Positions 27,752 to 32,000 of a DNA stretch of 32,000 nucleotides are shown here, piece by piece (position 1 is the first letter of the stretch; the number at the start of each line of letters is the position of its first letter). The stretch is taken from positions 510,001-542,000 of the forward strand of contig NC_010085.1 of the NCBI RefSeq assembly GCF_000018465.1. Reading direction: 5' to 3'. Source of the DNA: Nitrosopumilus maritimus SCM1. GTDB lineage: Archaea; Thermoproteota; Nitrososphaeria; Nitrososphaerales; Nitrosopumilaceae. The notes under the pieces are model-generated. The model worked only from the letters and a program-made list of their open reading frames with translations, had not been told where the DNA came from and searched no databases. Position numbers and translations under genes: made by a program.

Positions 27752-27834
27752 TTCCTACGTAGTGCTTAAAACGGAAAAATCTCCAAAATTTGTATGGTTT
27801 TAAGATATAGGACTTTAACAACAAACTCGGTCCG

Positions 27835-27849
27835 AAAAGTCAGACTTTT
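27835..27849. promoter_or_regulatory. 7-1-7 inverted repeat (AAAAGTC-a-GACTTTT) overlapping the putative integrase TATA region
   Basis: Perfect arms ending ~25 nt upstream of the integrase ATG. Confidence 0.4.
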
Positions 27850-27874
27850 AACACTTTTACCATAATTCCACGTA

Positions 27875-29041
27875 ATGTCATCATTCTTGCTAAAGAAAAA
27901 ACGCCTAAAAACATGGGATGAAAAACTATCCAACAAATCCCAGAGGACAAAAGATGGTTATACTTTAGTTATCAAATCCTTTGAAAAATTCTGCAGCGAG
28001 TATTATGGAGGTAGAACAAAAGACGATATCTTTGATGAATTATCTGTTCTAAAAGATGCTGAAAAGACTCTTGCTACTGTAGATTTGATTCAAAATTGGA
28101 TTAATTGGCATTATTCTCATGGTGTAAAAACATCCGTTGTAAAGTTGTATCTTGCATGGCTAGGAAAATACTTTGATTATAGAGAGATTTCAATAACTCA
28201 AAAGATAAAGGATGAACTTGACTTTAAACGCGATCTAAAAGACGAACCCTTTGCACTTGAAATTCAACATATTCAGAATATTTTCAAATTTGCTAGTCCT
28301 AAAAAGATTGGATTCTATCTCGCACTAGTCTCTACTGGCGCAAGACCTGCTGAACTATTACAGGTAAAAAAGCGTGACATTATCACATCTACAAAAAGAC
28401 TCAAGGTATTGATTCAACCTGAAGGTGTAAAGACTCGACATGGACGTTCAGCATATCTTACAAAAGAAGCTGCACGATACTGTTTGATGAGATTACGTCA
28501 AATTAGTGATGATGATCTAGTCTGGGGTAAACATGAAGATTATAGCAAAACAGAAAAAGCAGAATCAAAGACATTTTCAAGATATTGTGATAATGCAGGC
28601 TATGTTGAACGATATCATTCTAATAATTATAGAAAAATCACCCTCTATTCTTTTAGGTCCTTTTTCTTTAGTGCTGCAGCAGACGTAAATCGTGAAGGAT
28701 ATGCACACAAAATGACTGGTCATGGGGGATATCTGTCTCAATATGACCGAATGTCTGATGAAAAGAAACTTGAATGGTTTTTGAAAGTAGAGCCATTTTT
28801 GACTATAGATGATGATGAAAGATTACAACTTGAAAATAAACAACTAAAGAAGGAAAATACAGAGAAAAAACAATTCGAAGAAGAAATCAAAAATTTAAAG
28901 AAAAGACAAGTAGAGCTTGAATATAATCAAAAAGAATACGAATCAATCAAACCTGATGTAGAGAAACTTGTTTTAAATTATTTTGAAGAACTTGGAGAAG
29001 ATTTTTTCAGAAAAGTATTTTCAAAAAATAGCATAAATTAA
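27875..29041 (+). CDS. Tyrosine recombinase/integrase
   Basis: LVSTGARPAELLQVKKRD (Arg I), LYSFRSFFFSAAADV (Arg II), MTGHGGYLSQYDRM (GHG and Tyr); ~80 aa coiled-coil C-terminal extension. Confidence 0.88.
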   Translation: MSSFLLKKKRLKTWDEKLSNKSQRTKDGYTLVIKSFEKFCSEYYGGRTKDDIFDELSVLKDAEKTLATVDLIQNWINWHYSHGVKTSVVKLYLAWLGKYFDYREISITQKIKDELDFKRDLKDEPFALEIQHIQNIFKFASPKKIGFYLALVSTGARPAELLQVKKRDIITSTKRLKVLIQPEGVKTRHGRSAYLTKEAARYCLMRLRQISDDDLVWGKHEDYSKTEKAESKTFSRYCDNAGYVERYHSNNYRKITLYSFRSFFFSAAADVNREGYAHKMTGHGGYLSQYDRMSDEKKLEWFLKVEPFLTIDDDERLQLENKQLKKENTEKKQFEEEIKNLKKRQVELEYNQKEYESIKPDVEKLVLNYFEELGEDFFRKVFSKNSIN

Positions 29042-29060
29042 TTTATAAATTATTTTTGGA

Positions 29061-29092
29061 AATTTATAACTTATTTTTATTTATAAAAAATT
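29061..29092. repeat. Direct repeat copy 1 (aatttataacttatttttatttataaaaaatt)
   Basis: Identical 32-mer recurs at 29152-29183. Confidence 0.9.
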
Positions 29093-29151
29093 ATGCATAA
29101 TAAGTTAAAACAGATTATATACTTGTGCACAAACATCTGTACATAAAAATT

Positions 29152-29183
29152 AATTTATAACTTATTTTTATTTATAAAAAATT
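29152..29183. repeat. Direct repeat copy 2 (aatttataacttatttttatttataaaaaatt)
   Basis: Identical to 29061-29092; a truncated 15-bp related string (aatttataaaaaatt) follows at 29190-29204. Confidence 0.9.
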
Positions 29184-29479
29184 TCAAATAATTTATAAAA
29201 AATTATTTGTAAAAAATAAAACCTGATTTCTCTATTGATGTAAAAATATTCTAAAAAATTGTTTGTAGTTGCAGAAACACAGAAATTCATTTTAGAATTT
29301 TTATGCAATTTTTTTATTAGTTTGGAATATTTTTTTAGTTTTTTAGTTTGAGGCTATTGAGATTATTTTGCTCATATTGCATATTTGAATTCTAAACTTT
29401 CTGAAAATTTTTTTAGCATTTTAAAAATTAAAAACAATGTCACATTCAATTTTTTAAATACTAGTGCATTGCAAAAGTC

Positions 29480-30115
29480 TTGATGAAATCTAATACCACT
29501 ACAAAGAATGATTCGATCTCAAATCAAACTGATGATTCTTGGATACAATACAAAAACAATCTTCACATACAAAAAAACAAAATTTCAAAAGAATTTCGTT
29601 GCATTACTTGTAAACTTTCATTGGGTGAAAATCAAGGCGGTGCTGGAGGTCATAGCAAATCCAAACATAAAATGACTTTGAGTGGAGAACCAATTCAAAC
29701 TAAATCTTTTCATGATTCTGATTCTGACAAAAACCCTGCCCCTTCATATATTGATGAAATTGATGAAGAACTTCTTAGACGAAGAACTGCCACACAAGAT
29801 TTTTCTGATGATACTGTTGAATCTATGACTTTGCTTGATGTCTACAAAGATGTGGCCTCAGGTGCGGCTAAAATCACCAAAGATCCAGAATTACAGTTTG
29901 AATATGGGCAATTAAAATTACGACGCATAATTCCGCCGGATTGGGATTTTCGTATGTGGATTAAAATGACAGTTGATTTGTTTAATAGAATTCATAAAAT
30001 AAATATACAATTCACCCAAAACCTTGATGAACTCAGCCCTGAACAATTAGAATGGCATAAGTTAGTTTATCAAGAAAATTTGGAATGGGAATATGAACAA
30101 GAACCCACTTCGTAA
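29480..30115 (+). CDS. Hypothetical protein with C2H2-like zinc-finger motif (211 aa)
   Basis: FRCITCKLSLGENQGGAGGHSKSKHKM resembles a CxxC...HxxxxH finger. 29480 is TTG; ATG at 29483 is likelier. Confidence 0.7.
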   Translation: MMKSNTTTKNDSISNQTDDSWIQYKNNLHIQKNKISKEFRCITCKLSLGENQGGAGGHSKSKHKMTLSGEPIQTKSFHDSDSDKNPAPSYIDEIDEELLRRRTATQDFSDDTVESMTLLDVYKDVASGAAKITKDPELQFEYGQLKLRRIIPPDWDFRMWIKMTVDLFNRIHKINIQFTQNLDELSPEQLEWHKLVYQENLEWEYEQEPTS

Positions 30116-30146
30116 TTTTTACAATTACTGATTTTATGAAAGTAGC

Positions 30147-31508
30147 CTAAACTTTGACTCTGATTTTGCCTGTCAAAAGTTTCTGCATTAGTCCTTTTTT
30201 GAGAGATTCTAGAGATTTCTTTTTTAATTCAAGATTTGATATGTTAGAATCAACATCAGAAAGTACTGAAATGATTTTTTCTTGTTCTTCTATTGAAGAT
30301 ATGTATGGAATTAACAGATTTTGTTGATTTGTTATTCCTATGTAATCTCGTGTAGATTGTTTTGCTAACGATTTTAGTTGTTTTTGAAAATCAAAACTTT
30401 GAAAAATATAATATAGAAATTTAGGAATAATTTTACTGGATAATCGATAGTAAGTTGTTTGAGGTGAAAGAATAATTCTATCAAATTTATTTCCAACAAC
30501 TGCCACATTTCCAACACTTCCTTTATGAGACAGTAAAACATCTTTTTGTTTGGCAAATCCGATTCTTAGTATTTTTAGAAATTTTTCAGGTAGGAATTTA
30601 CATAAATCATAGTTAATGTTATCGTTCATCAAACAATCTGCTGTAACAAACGGAATTCCTTTTTGAATAAAATCTAAAGATTTAGGATGTAATTCTCCAT
30701 GATTTCCATCTTGAATTTCTAGAATTCTCTTTTCATCAACTAATTTTTTGATTTTCACATATTCCCAAGAATCAGGAATTTCAAAATAATTTCCAAATCT
30801 GTCGAATACTTTCTTAAATTTCTTATGTTTGATTCCTTTTGTTAGGAGTTGCTGTAGTAAGCCAATCTTGAGATGTTTTGTTTGATCTATGATTTTCTCA
30901 TATGAATAGATTAGATTATCAACATTAGACAATATGGAAAGAATTTTTTGTTGTTCAGAAATTTTTGGAGTTTTGATTAACAGATTTTTGATAATTCCGG
31001 TATTCAATCCTCCCATAACCAACCCCCTTGATTCTTTAATTATCTGACGATAAACAAAATTTGATTTCAAAAAATAATACAAGAACTTAGGAAGAAGTTT
31101 CTCGTGATCTAGAGAAATTTTTAAAAGATGGGATGAAATAATTGCTCTTCCTATATCTTCAGGGACAATTGCTGTTTTCCCTAATGTTCCCATCATTGTA
31201 ATTAGAACATCGTTTGGTTTTACAGTAAATCCTTTTAGTTTCTCATATTTTTCTTCAGTAATGAATTTTTGATATTTCCAAGTAAACTTATCATTCACAA
31301 TATTTTCAATCCAAAGTGTTTTAATTTTTCCAGAATTCAATAATTCATGAGTCTTTAAACTACTTCCAAAAGGTCCCATCCGAATTGATGATTTTTCATT
31401 TTTTGGAGTCAATTTGTCCAAAATTACATAATTCCAATCTTCAGGAATTTCTTCGTATTTTCCAAAAAGTGACTTTACTAGTTTGTATCCTGGTTTTACT
31501 TTTGCCAA
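30147..31508 (-). CDS. hsdS: Type I restriction-modification specificity subunit
   Basis: Two target-recognition halves, each ending with conserved helices (SEQQKILSILSNVDNLI...LLQQLLTKGIK and EEQEKIISVLSDVDSNI...LMQKLLTGKIRVK). Confidence 0.93.
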   Translation of the reverse strand: MAKVKPGYKLVKSLFGKYEEIPEDWNYVILDKLTPKNEKSSIRMGPFGSSLKTHELLNSGKIKTLWIENIVNDKFTWKYQKFITEEKYEKLKGFTVKPNDVLITMMGTLGKTAIVPEDIGRAIISSHLLKISLDHEKLLPKFLYYFLKSNFVYRQIIKESRGLVMGGLNTGIIKNLLIKTPKISEQQKILSILSNVDNLIYSYEKIIDQTKHLKIGLLQQLLTKGIKHKKFKKVFDRFGNYFEIPDSWEYVKIKKLVDEKRILEIQDGNHGELHPKSLDFIQKGIPFVTADCLMNDNINYDLCKFLPEKFLKILRIGFAKQKDVLLSHKGSVGNVAVVGNKFDRIILSPQTTYYRLSSKIIPKFLYYIFQSFDFQKQLKSLAKQSTRDYIGITNQQNLLIPYISSIEEQEKIISVLSDVDSNISNLELKKKSLESLKKGLMQKLLTGKIRVKV

Positions 31509-31509
31509 T

Positions 31510-32000
31510 CTAGACCTTGAATCCTAATTCCTTTAGATCTTGTTTGACTTTTAGTTCAAGCTCGTCTCTTTCCTTGTCCAGTTTCTTGAGTTCATCTATT
31601 GTTGCCTGAATGTCTATGATTTTTTCTTCTTCTGAAATATCCACATATCTAGGAACGTTGAGGTTGAACTCATTTTCTCTGATTTCATCGAGTTCTGCAA
31701 CATGACAATACTTATCCTCATCTTTGAATGCCTTGAATGCCTTAACAATATGTTCGATGTCTTTGTCTCTTAACTTGTTTCTTACTTTTCCTTCTTGAAA
31801 TTCATTAGCTGCATAAATGAACAAAATTTTGTTTTTTCTTTCCTTTGGTTTGTTTTTGTTTAAGATTAAGACACATGCTGGAATTCCTGTTCCATAGAAT
31901 AATGCAACAGGTAATGCAATTATTGCCTCTATCATATCTCCTTGCAAGTTTTCATCCTTGTTTCCTGCAATCATATTTTCTCTGATTTTTTGCTCAGAAC
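31510..32000 (-). CDS. hsdM: Type I R-M methyltransferase subunit, 3' portion (truncated by window edge)
   Basis: SEQKIRENMIAGNKDENLQGDMIEAIIALPVALFYGTGIPACVLILNKNK is the conserved HsdM C-terminal half. The frame stays open to 32000, so 31974 is not the true start. Confidence 0.93.
   Translation of the reverse strand, partial: SEQKIRENMIAGNKDENLQGDMIEAIIALPVALFYGTGIPACVLILNKNKPKERKNKILFIYAANEFQEGKVRNKLRDKDIEHIVKAFKAFKDEDKYCHVAELDEIRENEFNLNVPRYVDISEEEKIIDIQATIDELKKLDKERDELELKVKQDLKELGFKV

Noticed and set aside
27340-32000. Search for an att duplication of the tRNA-Pro 3' end (ttcaaatctcgccgatcccacca)
   Set aside because: No second copy found by eye in this window, so integration at this tRNA is not demonstrated; a copy could lie beyond 32 kb.
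1-32000. CRISPR array, rRNA genes, transposon with terminal inverted repeats
   Set aside because: No regularly spaced direct repeats, no rRNA-like conserved sequence and no transposase-like ORF seen; the only tandem repeat is the in-frame 60-bp coding repeat.

Overview
This 32 kb, AT-rich window looks archaeal, most likely Nitrosopumilus-like (Thaumarchaeota/Nitrososphaerota). That assignment is inferred from gene content: class I lysyl-tRNA synthetase, Elp3, CofG/CofH, TBP, DUF1512, and ammonium transporter plus PII genes. About 1-27.3 kb is densely packed core genome. It holds ferritin, an FMN-binding oxidase-like protein, the lysS/elp3 cluster, a Lys-rich repeat protein, a CPA2 antiporter, purM, PAC2, a divergent glnK/amt locus with a second PII-like gene, a CaCA exchanger, PmbA-cofH-cofG, HtrA, a GT2, TBP, DUF1512 and methionine aminopeptidase. 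Beyond tRNA-Pro(TGG) the window becomes accessory-like: a tyrosine recombinase with a coiled-coil tail, a very AT-rich repeat-bearing spacer, a zinc-finger-like ORF, and type I R-M genes (hsdS, 3' part of hsdM). The supplied ORF track has a roughly 60 aa cutoff and misses several items found by reading gaps. These are (i) three tandem Cys-rich micro-ORFs beside ferritin, (ii) two membrane micro-ORFs directly downstream of glnK and divergent from amt, (iii) a 59 aa CxxC protein coupled to DUF1512, (iv) perfect inverted repeats in the glnK/amt, winged-helix and integrase promoter regions, (v) a perfect 24-bp palindrome across the tbp stop codon, and (vi) a candidate C/D-box sRNA just downstream of tRNA-Pro. 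No CRISPR array was seen, and no complete novel system can be claimed from sequence alone.
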